From the IMG/VR virus record IMGVR_UViG_3300048088_000336, positions 15,463-79,462 of that record: a DNA stretch of 64,000 nt; one strand, 5' to 3'. A program made the position numbers and the translations under genes. Positions 35,504 through 45,549 of this stretch are shown piece after piece. This DNA comes from a virus. Under the pieces are notes generated by a model. The model was not told where the DNA came from, searched no databases, and saw only the letters and a program-made list of their open reading frames with translations. Within the stretch, counting starts at the first letter, position 1. Each line of letters opens with the position of its first letter.

Positions 35504-38500
35504 GTGGCTACCCGCCTGTACTTCAATAACACCGCAGCCCCTTACACCCCGACCACCATTCGGGGCACGTGGAGCGCCACTGGTAGTGCCGTCGCGAAAC
35601 TCCTCGGCGCAGCGCACGATGCTGGTGCGCCGACCACCATCGGGATCGCCGAAACAAACACATCAGCCACTTTCAACGTGCTGTGGGGACGGTGGATCTC
35701 CGCGCCCGCAGCGATCAGCGGGAACCTCTCCGGTGTTGTTTCCTGGGCGGTAGGCGTCAAAGAGTCGAGCGCCAGCGCACTCGACGTCCTACGGGTACAC
35801 ATCTATGTCACCACGGGCAGCAGTGACACCCCGCGCGGCACCCTGCTCACCAACTACACCGACACCGTCAGGTTCACCACCACCGCTGCCGGTATTTCAT
35901 CGCTCGACGTAGCGATCAGCACCGTCGCGGTACAGGCCGGGGACCGCGTTGTCGTCGAAATCGGCTACGAAGCACAGAACACTTCAGCGACGTCATTCAC
36001 CGGCACCATGAATTACGGCGGCAACCAGTTCTTCCGGGACCTGGTTGCCGCCCAGTCCTCAGGAAGTCACGGCACCGACCCGGCCACCCGCTACGGATGG
36101 GTCCAATTCTCCGACCCGAACAGCGTCCTGGTCGCCGCCCCCACGGGCGCTGCGAACCGTTGCCCCAACCCGGCCGCAAAAACTTACCAGGACTTCTGGT
36201 CAACCGCCGCCAACACCACGGTCACACAGCCCGCCGAGACCGGATTCAGTCGCACCACCGGATTGCACGTCGTCATTGGTACGGCAGGCGACCCGTCTAT
36301 TCAACCCGCTGTGGTTCCGGCCGCCGCAGGGGAAACTTGGTCAACCTATTTCGAGGCGAAAGGGTCGGTCACCGCAGGGAACACCACAACATGCTGGCTG
36401 AACTTCCTTGACGCCCGAGGCAACTTCCTCACCCCCAACCCTTCCCAAAACGTCACCCTATCCACCACCGCGCAAGCAATCACGTTCTCCAACTACACAG
36501 CCCCCACCAACACAGCCTATGTTGGCGTATCCCTTGAGGGCACCGCAGCGATTGGTGACACCTTCGACGTCACTTGCGTCCGCTACGACATCGCCGCCTC
36601 GATCGCCGCCTACGCCGACGGTGACACCACCGGCTGGTCGTGGGATAACGCCCTCACCGACGGCGACTCCCCCTCGCGGGCCCTGCCCGCCACCAATGCC
36701 AACGCCGGGAACGCCGCCGCCACGGCAACCGCCCAGACTCCCAGTCCGGCAGTCGCCCCCGTTCCCACCGCGAGCACCGCGAACGCTGCTGCCCAGAACC
36801 CTGGCGGCGCGGCTTCCACTGGCGCGGGCGTGGGCGCCGGGAGCGCGGCAGCGAAATCCCCGAACCCCAGCGTCGCCCCCACGGGCGGGGCCGGGGCCGC
36901 CAGCGCGGCGGCGCAAGCACCCAGCGTGTCCGTGTTCGCCAACGCCGGATGCGCTGGCGCGACAGCCTCCGCCCAGAGCGCAACCGGCACAGTCGCCCCC
37001 ACTGCCGGGGCCGGGGCCGCCAACGCGGTCGCGCAAGCCCTCAGTAGCACTGGCGCCGCCACCCCCACTGCTGCGGCAGCGACTGGCACCGCACCCACCC
37101 CGGCCGCGAACATCGCCGCGCCCGCTGGCGCTGCGACGGCCACCGCTGTCGGACAGTCCGCCACCACCCAGATCTCCCCCACTCCCACGGCGGCCGCCGC
37201 GACTGGTACGGCGCAGCAACCGGGTGGAACCGGCAGCTCCACCTCCACCGCCGCGACCGCCAGCGCAGCCGCGCAAACACCCACCCCTGCGGTAACGGCG
37301 CCCGCAGGAGCCGCCACCAGCACCGGTACCGCCCCGACTCCCGCCGTCGCCGTGGCCCCCACCGCCACCGTCAGCACAGCCACCGGCGTGGCGCAGGGCG
37401 CGAACTCCACTGGCGCGACCACCGCCCAGGCCGCTACCGCCAGTGCGGCGGGACAGTCCTCAGCCGGAAGTGTCGCCGCGCCAGCGGGGGCCGCCACAGC
37501 GACCGCCGCCGCGCTGAACTCGGTCGGGGTTGTCGCCGTCAGCGCGGTGGCCGGGGTAGCTGGTGCGGGCGCGGCGGCGGGCAATGCCAGTACCACAGCC
37601 GCTGCTGGCGCCGGGTCGGCCAGTGCGACCGCGAGCGCACCAACGCCGCGTGCGAATGTCGCCCCCACCGCCAGCGCGGCGACCGCCAGCGGAGCGGGCC
37701 TCAACGCGGTCGGGGTTGTCGCGGTGTCCGGGTTCGCTGGTGCCGCTGGGGCGACCGCTGCCGCGCAACCGCCCGGTGGGACGGTCACCGCGACGACGAG
37801 TGCGGCGGCAGGTACCGCGACGGCGCCCGCACCCACACCGTCGATCGCCCCCACCGCCAGTACAGCCACCGGCAGCGGGGCAGGTTTGAACGCGGCCGGG
37901 GTCGTCGCGGTAGCCGCGCCCGCCGGTGCCGCTGGGGCGACCGCGTCCGCACTGAGCCCAGCACCGTCCATAGCGTCCACTGCGGGGCCCGCGTCGGCGA
38001 CGGGTGCCGCTCTGACGGCCGCCGCGTCCAGCTCACCCACGGCCACTGTGGCGGCAGCGACCGGGCGCGCCGAGGATCCGACCGCCACGATCACTGCTCA
38101 CCCCGGTGCGGGTACGGCCACCGCCACCGCGTCGAATCCGGGCCCACTGGTCGCCCCGGTAGCCGGGACCGCATCTGCTACGGGTGAGGCGTTCGACCCA
38201 CTCACCTCGACCGCGACGGTGACGTTCGCGGTCGCCGGATGCGCGGGCGCCACCGCCAGTGCCGCCAACCCTGGTACGACCGTGACCAGTCTCGCCGGGA
38301 CCGCTGCGGGCACCGGGACGGCGCCAACACCAGGTGGCGCGGTCAGTACACCGGCCGGGGCGGGAGCAGCCGTCGGTGCCGCCCTGGCGCCTACTGGAAG
38401 GGTCGGGGCGCAAGCCGGGGCAGCCACAGTCAACGCGACAGGGAACACGCCCAGCGGAGACAGTGGAGCGCACTCCGGGGTTGCCAGTGCGACCGGCGCC

Positions 38501-39025
38501 GCACCCACCCCGACCCCACGCGTGCAGGCCGGGGCGAATACTTCTGCCGCGACCGGGACCGCCGAACAACCGGCACCCGCCGTGGCCCCCCGTGCGGGTA
38601 CGGCAACAGCCAGCGCGACGGCGCGCGATGGGGCACCAACCTCACTGACGAACGCTCTCGCCGGGGTGGCGGGGTCGACCGCTACCGCGCAGCCGCCCGT
38701 CTCGGCCGTACGGGCACACGCGGATCTCGCGGCGGCAATCGCCGCCGCACTAGCCGGTGCAGGCAGTGTGGGAGCTAATGCGGCGACCGCGTCCGCCCTG
38801 GCGGCGGCATTGGATGCGGTCGCGAAACTCAGTGTCGCCTGGCCGCCCCGCGCGGGCACGATCACGATCACTGGGGTGGCCCGTGGGGTGGTGACGGTGG
38901 CGGCGTTGGCCGCCGCTACCGTGACGGTGGAGACCGTCGGGGGCGGAAACATCGACATGATCGAAGTGGCCAGCGGTGACGAGCACGTCACCAGAGTGGC
39001 CAGCGGCGCGGGGACGCTGAACTGA
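35504..39025 (+). CDS. Large Ala/Thr/Gly-rich fibre-like protein with N-terminal beta-sandwich/CBM-like domains
   Basis: GGGAGG RBS; about 390-aa globular N-terminus followed by about 750 aa of degenerate, roughly 19-aa AGAATATA repeats. Confidence 0.75.
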   Translation: MATRLYFNNTAAPYTPTTIRGTWSATGSAVAKLLGAAHDAGAPTTIGIAETNTSATFNVLWGRWISAPAAISGNLSGVVSWAVGVKESSASALDVLRVHIYVTTGSSDTPRGTLLTNYTDTVRFTTTAAGISSLDVAISTVAVQAGDRVVVEIGYEAQNTSATSFTGTMNYGGNQFFRDLVAAQSSGSHGTDPATRYGWVQFSDPNSVLVAAPTGAANRCPNPAAKTYQDFWSTAANTTVTQPAETGFSRTTGLHVVIGTAGDPSIQPAVVPAAAGETWSTYFEAKGSVTAGNTTTCWLNFLDARGNFLTPNPSQNVTLSTTAQAITFSNYTAPTNTAYVGVSLEGTAAIGDTFDVTCVRYDIAASIAAYADGDTTGWSWDNALTDGDSPSRALPATNANAGNAAATATAQTPSPAVAPVPTASTANAAAQNPGGAASTGAGVGAGSAAAKSPNPSVAPTGGAGAASAAAQAPSVSVFANAGCAGATASAQSATGTVAPTAGAGAANAVAQALSSTGAATPTAAAATGTAPTPAANIAAPAGAATATAVGQSATTQISPTPTAAAATGTAQQPGGTGSSTSTAATASAAAQTPTPAVTAPAGAATSTGTAPTPAVAVAPTATVSTATGVAQGANSTGATTAQAATASAAGQSSAGSVAAPAGAATATAAALNSVGVVAVSAVAGVAGAGAAAGNASTTAAAGAGSASATASAPTPRANVAPTASAATASGAGLNAVGVVAVSGFAGAAGATAAAQPPGGTVTATTSAAAGTATAPAPTPSIAPTASTATGSGAGLNAAGVVAVAAPAGAAGATASALSPAPSIASTAGPASATGAALTAAASSSPTATVAAATGRAEDPTATITAHPGAGTATATASNPGPLVAPVAGTASATGEAFDPLTSTATVTFAVAGCAGATASAANPGTTVTSLAGTAAGTGTAPTPGGAVSTPAGAGAAVGAALAPTGRVGAQAGAATVNATGNTPSGDSGAHSGVASATGAAPTPTPRVQAGANTSAATGTAEQPAPAVAPRAGTATASATARDGAPTSLTNALAGVAGSTATAQPPVSAVRAHADLAAAIAAALAGAGSVGANAATASALAAALDAVAKLSVAWPPRAGTITITGVARGVVTVAALAAATVTVETVGGGNIDMIEVASGDEHVTRVASGAGTLN

Positions 39026-39033
39026 GGTGGGGC

Positions 39034-39363
39034 ATGGGGGGTAAACACCGTCTCGGCGACCCCCCGCCACCGCACAAAATCCCTCGACTGGTGTGCATCT
39101 ACTTCGGTGAACCGTGCGGGGAACCGTCAGCGATCCGGGACTGCCGCACCTGCGGTCGGCAACTCTGCGTCGCCATGCTCATGCTGCCCCTGGTTGAGGC
39201 CGGGGAACTCGCCCCCACCTGCCGGGCCTGCAACGGGGACCGCCCCGTCACCATGCACCCCCTGGAGGAGGAATGGTTAACGGAGCGGGGACTCGCCGAG
39301 GAGGGCTGGGAGGAGATCAAGGCGATCAACGACAGCCTGAAAGCGCCGGAGATCAACCCGTGA
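39034..39363 (+). CDS. Zn-finger-like hypothetical protein
   Basis: Multiple CxxC; GAGG RBS. Confidence 0.6.
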   Translation: MGGKHRLGDPPPPHKIPRLVCIYFGEPCGEPSAIRDCRTCGRQLCVAMLMLPLVEAGELAPTCRACNGDRPVTMHPLEEEWLTERGLAEEGWEEIKAINDSLKAPEINP

Positions 39364-39952
39364 CGTGCGTGATGACCTTGCCGGGGTCGTTGAGGTTCAC
39401 CTCAGGGTGATCGGCCAACCAGGCGGCGCGAACATCAGTGGCGTAGGCCTTGAACGCCTCCCACGAGTACAGGACGCGCGGGGTCGGCGAGTTCACCTTC
39501 ATAATCGCGACCGGGTCCGGGAAACCGGGACCCACCTTCCACCGGTGCAAAGTCCCCAGGGGGACCTCGGACAGGCGCTGGAGTCCGCGCAGGGAAGTGA
39601 CCTGACGGCGGACCGCTTCCTCAGCGTCGATCAACGGCAGGTGGCGTAGTTCCTGGTTGACGTCGAACCGGGCGGCGCTGCGCTCGAAGTAGTCGGCGAC
39701 CTGCTCCGGGGACCAGTAAGGGGTACCGGCGTGGTCGTAGGCGGGGCGGGCGATCTGCCGCAGCACACTGCGGTCCCCGTGCGCGTCGGACAGCATCGCG
39801 GTCGTGATGTAGCGCGGCTTCAGCCCGGTTTGGTCGGCGACTTCCTGCAAGGTCAGGGCGTCGTCGGGGACGGGGCCGGTGACGGTGGCGGCGTGCTGGC
39901 GCCACCGGGGAAGGCGCGCGTCGGGAGTGTTGTCGACCACGGCGGCAGTCAT
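39353..39952 (-). CDS. DNA-binding protein with two AlpA/Xis-like HTH segments
   Basis: LTLQEVADQTGLKPRYI and SLRGLQRLSEVPLGTLHRWKVGPGFPDP. Confidence 0.7.
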   Translation of the reverse strand: MTAAVVDNTPDARLPRWRQHAATVTGPVPDDALTLQEVADQTGLKPRYITTAMLSDAHGDRSVLRQIARPAYDHAGTPYWSPEQVADYFERSAARFDVNQELRHLPLIDAEEAVRRQVTSLRGLQRLSEVPLGTLHRWKVGPGFPDPVAIMKVNSPTPRVLYSWEAFKAYATDVRAAWLADHPEVNLNDPGKVITHVTG

Positions 39953-40386
39953 CCTTTTGCCTCTCGGATGCGGTGGGATTCGTTGGCGGCAGCAAGCCCG
40001 GTGAGGAACACGTGCCAGGCTCCGTCGGCGCGCAACATTCCTGTGGTCACTTCAGTATCCCCGGCGTCATCGAGGCGCAGGGAGATCTCCACCATGCCGA
40101 CGTCGACGACGTCGCCGTAACTCATCACCTTGTCCGAAGCAGTGATCCGCACAGACGCCGACGGCAGATCCACGGTGTCGCGGCGGGCGTAGAGCAGGGG
40201 ATACCACGCGTGCGGGGCGATGACATGATCATATGCGGGCACGATCAGGGCGTCGGAGTTGGCGGCGGCGAGCACCGCGTCCACCAGGTCACTGATCGAG
40301 AAGATGGGCCTGTCACTGCCGTCGATCGTGGGTGCCTCGTCGAGCACTTTTCGGGCCGCCTCGATGGCGGCGGGTTTATCGAACAT
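39949..40386 (-). CDS. Hypothetical protein
   Basis: GAGGGGAG RBS; downstream of a class I promoter. Confidence 0.65.
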   Translation of the reverse strand: MFDKPAAIEAARKVLDEAPTIDGSDRPIFSISDLVDAVLAAANSDALIVPAYDHVIAPHAWYPLLYARRDTVDLPSASVRITASDKVMSYGDVVDVGMVEISLRLDDAGDTEVTTGMLRADGAWHVFLTGLAAANESHRIREAKG

Positions 40387-40405
40387 GAGGTCTCCCCTCG
40401 GTAGT

Positions 40406-40430
40406 CGGAACGCTTAACACTCTACCAGGT
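40406..40430 (-). promoter_or_regulatory. Class I promoter, copy 3
   Basis: ACCTGG-TAGAGT-N7-GTTCCG. Confidence 0.65.
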
Positions 40431-40464
40431 AGCGCCAACCGCGCCCGACCACCGAAGGGCAACC

Positions 40465-41208
40465 TCAGGAACCGTGAACGCTGACCAGTCCGAACGATCT
40501 CACCGGCTTGGGCGCCAACCGGCGCGCGGTGCGGGACAGCGGCGACGCCTTGAGTTCCGTAGCCCTCCACGCCTCGTGCTTCTCCCCGAACTGCTGGGAC
40601 ACCGCCCCGTCCTTCATCACGATCAGATACCCGCCCGGGGTCATCGAAAACGGTGCCGTCAACTTCCCCAGGAAGTCGAACGGGCCCACTGTGGCGGCCG
40701 GGTCGAACCAGCGGGGCAGCACGAAGTTGCTCACCTGCACCTGGATCCCGGACACCGGCACCGCGTAGGAGTCGGACTCGACCGGGTCACCTACTTCCTT
40801 GGCGATCGAGTGCACTCCGTCGACGTCGGAGTAGTCGTTGCAGAACGGGTCGACGAACGTCTCCAGCACCTCATGGGAGAGCACACTGGCCACTGACAGG
40901 GGCGCCGTGAGGGCGTTGCCGCCGTGAGTGAGCACGGGGCGGACGAACACTCGGCCGTAGATGATGTCGCCCCGGGCGATGTCGTGCCATCCCAGTGCCC
41001 CGGCCTGATCGGAGTCGTCGAAAACACCGATCACCCAGGAGCCGGGAGGGGCGGACGCCTCGGTCGGGGAATAGACGACACCAATCGGATTTTTACCCCA
41101 TGCCGGTGACGCTTGGTAGCGCAATTGCCACGCTACGGCGCGGACCGCTAATTGAACATCCGGTGTCGACATCAAAGTGCTTCGATTCACTACCGTAATC
41201 AGGGTCAA
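40465..41208 (-). CDS. Putative zincin-like metalloprotein (HExxE)
   Basis: ALGWH, LSHEVLETFVDP, EVGDPVE, VSNFVLPRWF; AGGAG RBS before TTG 41208. Confidence 0.65.
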   Translation of the reverse strand: MTLITVVNRSTLMSTPDVQLAVRAVAWQLRYQASPAWGKNPIGVVYSPTEASAPPGSWVIGVFDDSDQAGALGWHDIARGDIIYGRVFVRPVLTHGGNALTAPLSVASVLSHEVLETFVDPFCNDYSDVDGVHSIAKEVGDPVESDSYAVPVSGIQVQVSNFVLPRWFDPAATVGPFDFLGKLTAPFSMTPGGYLIVMKDGAVSQQFGEKHEAWRATELKASPLSRTARRLAPKPVRSFGLVSVHGS

Positions 41209-41365
41209 CGCGGTACTCCTATTCGAGTGGACGAGCACGCATCTGCACGTGCGCCGATCCCGCACGGGACTCTGGCCGGTGCCGCGCGGGGCTGCCGGTG
41301 CACGTGGTGCAAGGTAGCCGCCGACGGCACCAACACCGACGGGACACCCGGGGACAAACCGGTCG

Positions 41366-42904
41366 TCAGGCAATCACCCGCGCGGGGTTCGGACCCTTCA
41401 TGGCTAGCGCAGGCATTAGCCCTACCGCCGCCCACACCGCCGCGTCCAACTCGTTCGGCGACGTCTCATCCCCCGGAACCCAGGACGTGAACCCGTCCTC
41501 CACCCCCGGAATCCCCCCCACCAAGTGCGCCCGGAGCTGCTCGAACATGCCCGCCACCGGTTCCGCGCGGGTGCGCTTGCCGACACTGGCGTGCACCTTC
41601 TTGATCCGGGGCGTGCGCGCCTCGATCTCGGCCGCGACCATCCGCAACATGGTTGTGCACAGGTCCCCGCCCTGGTTGGTTTCGATGACGATCGCATCGG
41701 CCGCCCAATCGTCGGCGACCTCGATCGCCCGGCGCGCCCACCGGCGCGGGGTACCACGCATCGTGGAGTCCTGAAAGAAGTACAGGTGCGGGCCCTCCAC
41801 CAGGGCTTTGCTGCCCAACCAGCCGCGCATCGGCGCGGGACCGAGCCCGGCGACGACAATGCCGCACGCGTCGGAGGACTCCCCAGCGGTGACGCACGGG
41901 TCGACGCCGACGACGACACGGCGCAGGATCGGAACATGGTCACCGTCGAGGATGCGGGTGGCCTCGATCAACGCCTGGGTGACCAGCGCCCCCTCGACCT
42001 CGTCGAGCATCTCCCCGTCGAGTTCCTGCCGCCCGACGGTGGTGCCCTTGTACCGCAGTTCCATCTCTTTGAGGAATGCGGCGGAGAGGTTCGCTCGGTT
42101 CTCGAACGTCGACCCCGTGGTGATCGCGACAGCGGAGTCTTTGCGTTTCGCCCGGTCCAGTAGCTCCCGCAGGACGATCGCCGACCGGCGCGGCGTCGTC
42201 GTGATGATCATGCGGGGGTGTTTGCCGATTCGCAGTGCGGGAATCAGCGACTTGTCCCACAGTTCCTTCTGCTCCGGCCCGAATGAGGCGAGTTCATCGC
42301 ACCACGCGCCGGACAGGTTGTAGCCACGCAACCGGTCCGGCGCGTCCGCACTGGCCAACACGATGCGGGACCCGTTGGTCAAATGAATGACGTAGTCGGA
42401 CTTGTTGTAGGACTTCAGTTGCGGACCGAGCGCGGTGATCAAACCCGAGGGGCCCTCGGTGCAGATCTTGCGAGCGTCCCCGAACGTCGGGGCGATCACC
42501 GCATAGTCGCCCCGGGTGGTCGCCGCCCACTCGGCGAGCATGTTGGAGCCGACGAACGTCTTGCCGAACCCCCGCCCGGCCATGATGATCCAATACAGCC
42601 ATTCGTCGCCCTTCGGGGGAAGCTGCGACGGGCGCGCCGTCTTACGCCACGGGCGCGCCGGAAGCGGTTCGATCTCCCGCAGCGCGTACAGGCTCGGATG
42701 GGCTTCTTCCACCCACGTAGGGACCTCATCGAGGCCCATCGCGCCCCAGTCGACACCGCGCCCGATCATCGGTGGGGCCAACACGTCAGCGGCCGTGGGT
42801 GCCGCTGGAATGGATTTGATCAGTGCCGTGGCGGCGGCGAAGATCTCCGCGTCAGCGTCAGCGGCGCCCATGCGGGAATAGGCGCCACGTTGGATGGTCG
42901 GCAC
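41366..42904 (-). CDS. terL: Terminase large subunit
   Basis: AGRGFGKT Walker A, LRG...AWCDE Walker B, TTTP motif, VVGVDP nuclease motif, IVIETNQGG, SPNELDAAVWA. Confidence 0.95.
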   Translation of the reverse strand: MPTIQRGAYSRMGAADADAEIFAAATALIKSIPAAPTAADVLAPPMIGRGVDWGAMGLDEVPTWVEEAHPSLYALREIEPLPARPWRKTARPSQLPPKGDEWLYWIIMAGRGFGKTFVGSNMLAEWAATTRGDYAVIAPTFGDARKICTEGPSGLITALGPQLKSYNKSDYVIHLTNGSRIVLASADAPDRLRGYNLSGAWCDELASFGPEQKELWDKSLIPALRIGKHPRMIITTTPRRSAIVLRELLDRAKRKDSAVAITTGSTFENRANLSAAFLKEMELRYKGTTVGRQELDGEMLDEVEGALVTQALIEATRILDGDHVPILRRVVVGVDPCVTAGESSDACGIVVAGLGPAPMRGWLGSKALVEGPHLYFFQDSTMRGTPRRWARRAIEVADDWAADAIVIETNQGGDLCTTMLRMVAAEIEARTPRIKKVHASVGKRTRAEPVAGMFEQLRAHLVGGIPGVEDGFTSWVPGDETSPNELDAAVWAAVGLMPALAMKGPNPARVIA

Positions 42905-42949
42905 GACCGCAGGTTAGGCGGGGTGCGACTCCAGAGCGTCGTGACACGC
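42905..42949 (-). promoter_or_regulatory. Class II promoter, leaderless, for terminase
   Basis: GCGTGTC-N26-TAACCT-N6-GTG 42904. Confidence 0.55.
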
Positions 42950-43186
42950 GTCGAGGAGGTCCAACGTCGCGCGACCAACCCCCGGATGCTGCCAGGTGCC
43001 GAACGCTTCCGGCGTGATGTCCAGAGGGCTACCCAGGACCGCTTCATAAAATCGGAACGCTGCGCAGTACAACGCCGCGCCCTGGCGGGTAATCGGAAAC
43101 AACTCCGGCTTTATCGCGAGCACGGCCGGATCGACCTGAATCTCTCTGGTGACAAACGTTGTCGCAGTGCTGTCACCATGGGTCAT
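42914..43186 (-). CDS. Hypothetical protein
   Basis: GGGAG RBS; fills the gap between neighbours. Confidence 0.55.
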   Translation of the reverse strand: MTHGDSTATTFVTREIQVDPAVLAIKPELFPITRQGAALYCAAFRFYEAVLGSPLDITPEAFGTWQHPGVGRATLDLLDACHDALESHPA

Positions 43187-43616
43187 CAGATGATCTCCCG
43201 TCGCCTGGGTGGTTCAGTGGGTTGACCCACAGGGGGTCGTCGAGGTGGTCGAGGAGTTCTTCGAGGTGAGCGACCGACAACACCCACCCGACCAGCGCCC
43301 CGGCTTGAGCCCAGCGGCGCATCTCCCCGACTTGCGCTGGTGTCGGAACGTTACCGTCCCGCTTGATCTCCAGCGCGAGGAACCTGCCTTTGAGGCAGGC
43401 CAGCACGTCGGGGGTGCCGCGTGTGGACAGCCCGGTCTGGTGTTTGACGATGGCTTTGCCGCCCAGAACCTCGATGTGCTTGATCACCGAGTCCTTCACG
43501 GCCGTCTCTGAGACGGGGCGGGCCTTGCGCCGTTTGGACTTCGGGGTCGCCCCCCGGGGCGCGTCGAGGTGCGGGTCGATGGTGAACCCACCCGAGCCGA
43601 AAACGATTCCGGTCAC
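43173..43616 (-). CDS. VRR-NUC domain nuclease (possible resolvase)
   Basis: SE..V, GTPDVLAC, LEIK, PTPAQ. Confidence 0.85.
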   Translation of the reverse strand: MTGIVFGSGGFTIDPHLDAPRGATPKSKRRKARPVSETAVKDSVIKHIEVLGGKAIVKHQTGLSTRGTPDVLACLKGRFLALEIKRDGNVPTPAQVGEMRRWAQAGALVGWVLSVAHLEELLDHLDDPLWVNPLNHPGDGRSSDDPW

Positions 43617-43774
43617 GATGCCTCCTGGTGTGAGTTATGACGTGCACGTGCATCCGAGGTTGCACGACGCACCCGGACGACCAGGGTCAGGGCACAGAAG
43701 TACAGGTGATTCGGGCCGATGTAGCACCCGATCCACCAGTCGGCGAAGTCGAAGTAGATCTTGACTCGGCTCAT
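43613..43774 (-). CDS. Small hypothetical protein
   Basis: ATGA coupling; MSRVKIYFDFADWWIG. Confidence 0.5.
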   Translation of the reverse strand: MSRVKIYFDFADWWIGCYIGPNHLYFCALTLVVRVRRATSDARARHNSHQEAS

Positions 43775-45549
43775 CGGACCTGCATTGTCTTCGGGCACAG
43801 CTCGGCGCGGGGCACGCTGTTGCGGTTCAGGGGGGCTAGCACCACGCACGACGTGTAAGTACGTGTAAGACCCACGTAGAACTGCCTGATGATGTGATCC
43901 CGTGCCCGGCCGCCGCGCGCCCATTCCGCGTACCCAGCGGGGGACAGGTCCGGGGACAGATACACCACGCCCCCCCGTGCGGGGGTGCCGTCAGCCAGCT
44001 CGGCGTGACCCACCTGACCGCCCTTCACGGAGTGAATGGTGCCGACCGTGCACAACGGCGGGTCGACCAACGCGGCCGGACCGAACCCGCGCACCACCCG
44101 CTCCGGGTAGCGAAGCGAATCCGCTTTCGACGGCAGCACCGCCGACATGAACCACGACAGGTCCGGCCCCAACGCGAGATCCAGATCCTCATCGGACAGG
44201 GTGAACAGTCCCTCGACCTGCGCGACATCCAAGGTGGACGCGGGCAGCATCTTCAGGGCCGCTTTCGCCCCACGCGCCAGTCCGGCCTCTTTCACCGACA
44301 CCAGGTCCGCCCACGCCCGCACGTCGTCCCCCGTCCACAGGCGCGACCGGTCCCCCAACGCCCGCTCATCCATGATCAGATACCGGTAGAGGCGCTCCGC
44401 TGCGGTCATGCCGTTGGCGGAGCGCAGCGGATTCCACCGGCCCTCCAATGGCCGGTAGCGGTTGGCGAACGGCACCCCCATCCCCTTCAGGTGCTTGCAC
44501 AAGGGACGCAGCATGTACTCGCACGACGCGAGGACCATCACCTCCCGCCCGGCGCGGACGTCTTTAGCGATCTGCTCGGCGGTGGCCTCATCAAAAATGG
44601 TGGCACTGACGGTGTAGATCTGCCCGTCCTCGTCGCGGGGCCGGTAATCCTTATCCTGGCGGTAAGAGCAGGTTTCGATCCAGGTCTGGGCCACCATGTG
44701 AACCGATGCGGGGATCCGCCACGACTGCTCCAGGGGCACGTCGACGACGTCGACACCGAGCTGCGGGCCACCGTCGAGGCCGGTACCCAGCGCGAGGATC
44801 GGCTCACAGTTCCCACCGCGCCAATTCATGATCGCCTGGTCGTCGTCGAGGGCGAAGATGGTCCGATCGGCGTAGACACCCCAGGCGAGCACGAGCGCGA
44901 TCTCCAACGGCGTCATGTCCTGCGCCTCATCAGCGATCAACACCCGGGGGGAGCCCGGCGCCGGTTCCCCGTTCAAAGCCCGCTCCAACGCGACACGGAT
45001 CATGTCGGTGAAGTCGATGACGTCGGCGGCTTTCTTCCACTCCTCCCACGCGGCGGCGAACCGGCGAACCGCGTTGGGCATGTCGGCGGTCGGCACGAAC
45101 TGAGACCGAGCCAGGTCGTACTGGGCGAGCAGCCCGTCACCACCACCGTCACCGCCCGGCCCGTCAGGGGCAGTGATGTCCGGGCCGGAGCTGCGGGAGT
45201 TGGGGGTGACATACCACTCGCGGATGGCGCGGCTATTCCAGTCGGCGATCACTTTCGATGCGGTGGCGACCTCGAACATGTTGCCCACCACCCGGTAGGC
45301 CATAGAGTGCAGGGTGCCCACCTGGTGATCGGGCAGGGGCAGACCCATAGCGGCCAGCGATTTGGCGGCGGTGACGGTGAAGCTGGTCGCCAGTACCGCA
45401 TCGGGCCCGAGGTCGAGCACGATCTCTTTAATGATCTCTTTCAGGCGGGTGGACTTCCCGGTACCGGGCGGACCGAAGATCCGCTCGACGCGTCCACTGC
45501 CCAGCAGGTGGACAGTGGACGCGGTCAAGCCGTCGAGGGGGGAGGTCAC
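43771..45549 (-). CDS. UvrD/Rep-like SF1 helicase A
   Basis: GPPGTGKST, TLHS, IDFTDM, DEAQD, DDDQAI, QSWR, TIHSVKG, YVGLTR. Confidence 0.9.
   Translation of the reverse strand: MTSPLDGLTASTVHLLGSGRVERIFGPPGTGKSTRLKEIIKEIVLDLGPDAVLATSFTVTAAKSLAAMGLPLPDHQVGTLHSMAYRVVGNMFEVATASKVIADWNSRAIREWYVTPNSRSSGPDITAPDGPGGDGGGDGLLAQYDLARSQFVPTADMPNAVRRFAAAWEEWKKAADVIDFTDMIRVALERALNGEPAPGSPRVLIADEAQDMTPLEIALVLAWGVYADRTIFALDDDQAIMNWRGGNCEPILALGTGLDGGPQLGVDVVDVPLEQSWRIPASVHMVAQTWIETCSYRQDKDYRPRDEDGQIYTVSATIFDEATAEQIAKDVRAGREVMVLASCEYMLRPLCKHLKGMGVPFANRYRPLEGRWNPLRSANGMTAAERLYRYLIMDERALGDRSRLWTGDDVRAWADLVSVKEAGLARGAKAALKMLPASTLDVAQVEGLFTLSDEDLDLALGPDLSWFMSAVLPSKADSLRYPERVVRGFGPAALVDPPLCTVGTIHSVKGGQVGHAELADGTPARGGVVYLSPDLSPAGYAEWARGGRARDHIIRQFYVGLTRTYTSCVVLAPLNRNSVPRAELCPKTMQVR

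Noticed and set aside
36610-39075. Long - strand Ala/Val-rich ORFs
   Set aside because: Antisense shadows of the Ala/Thr repeat gene
39025-40465. Integration cassette or attP at the strand convergence point
   Set aside because: No integrase motifs or att-like repeats were recognised and the convergent genes overlap; lifestyle cannot be determined from this window
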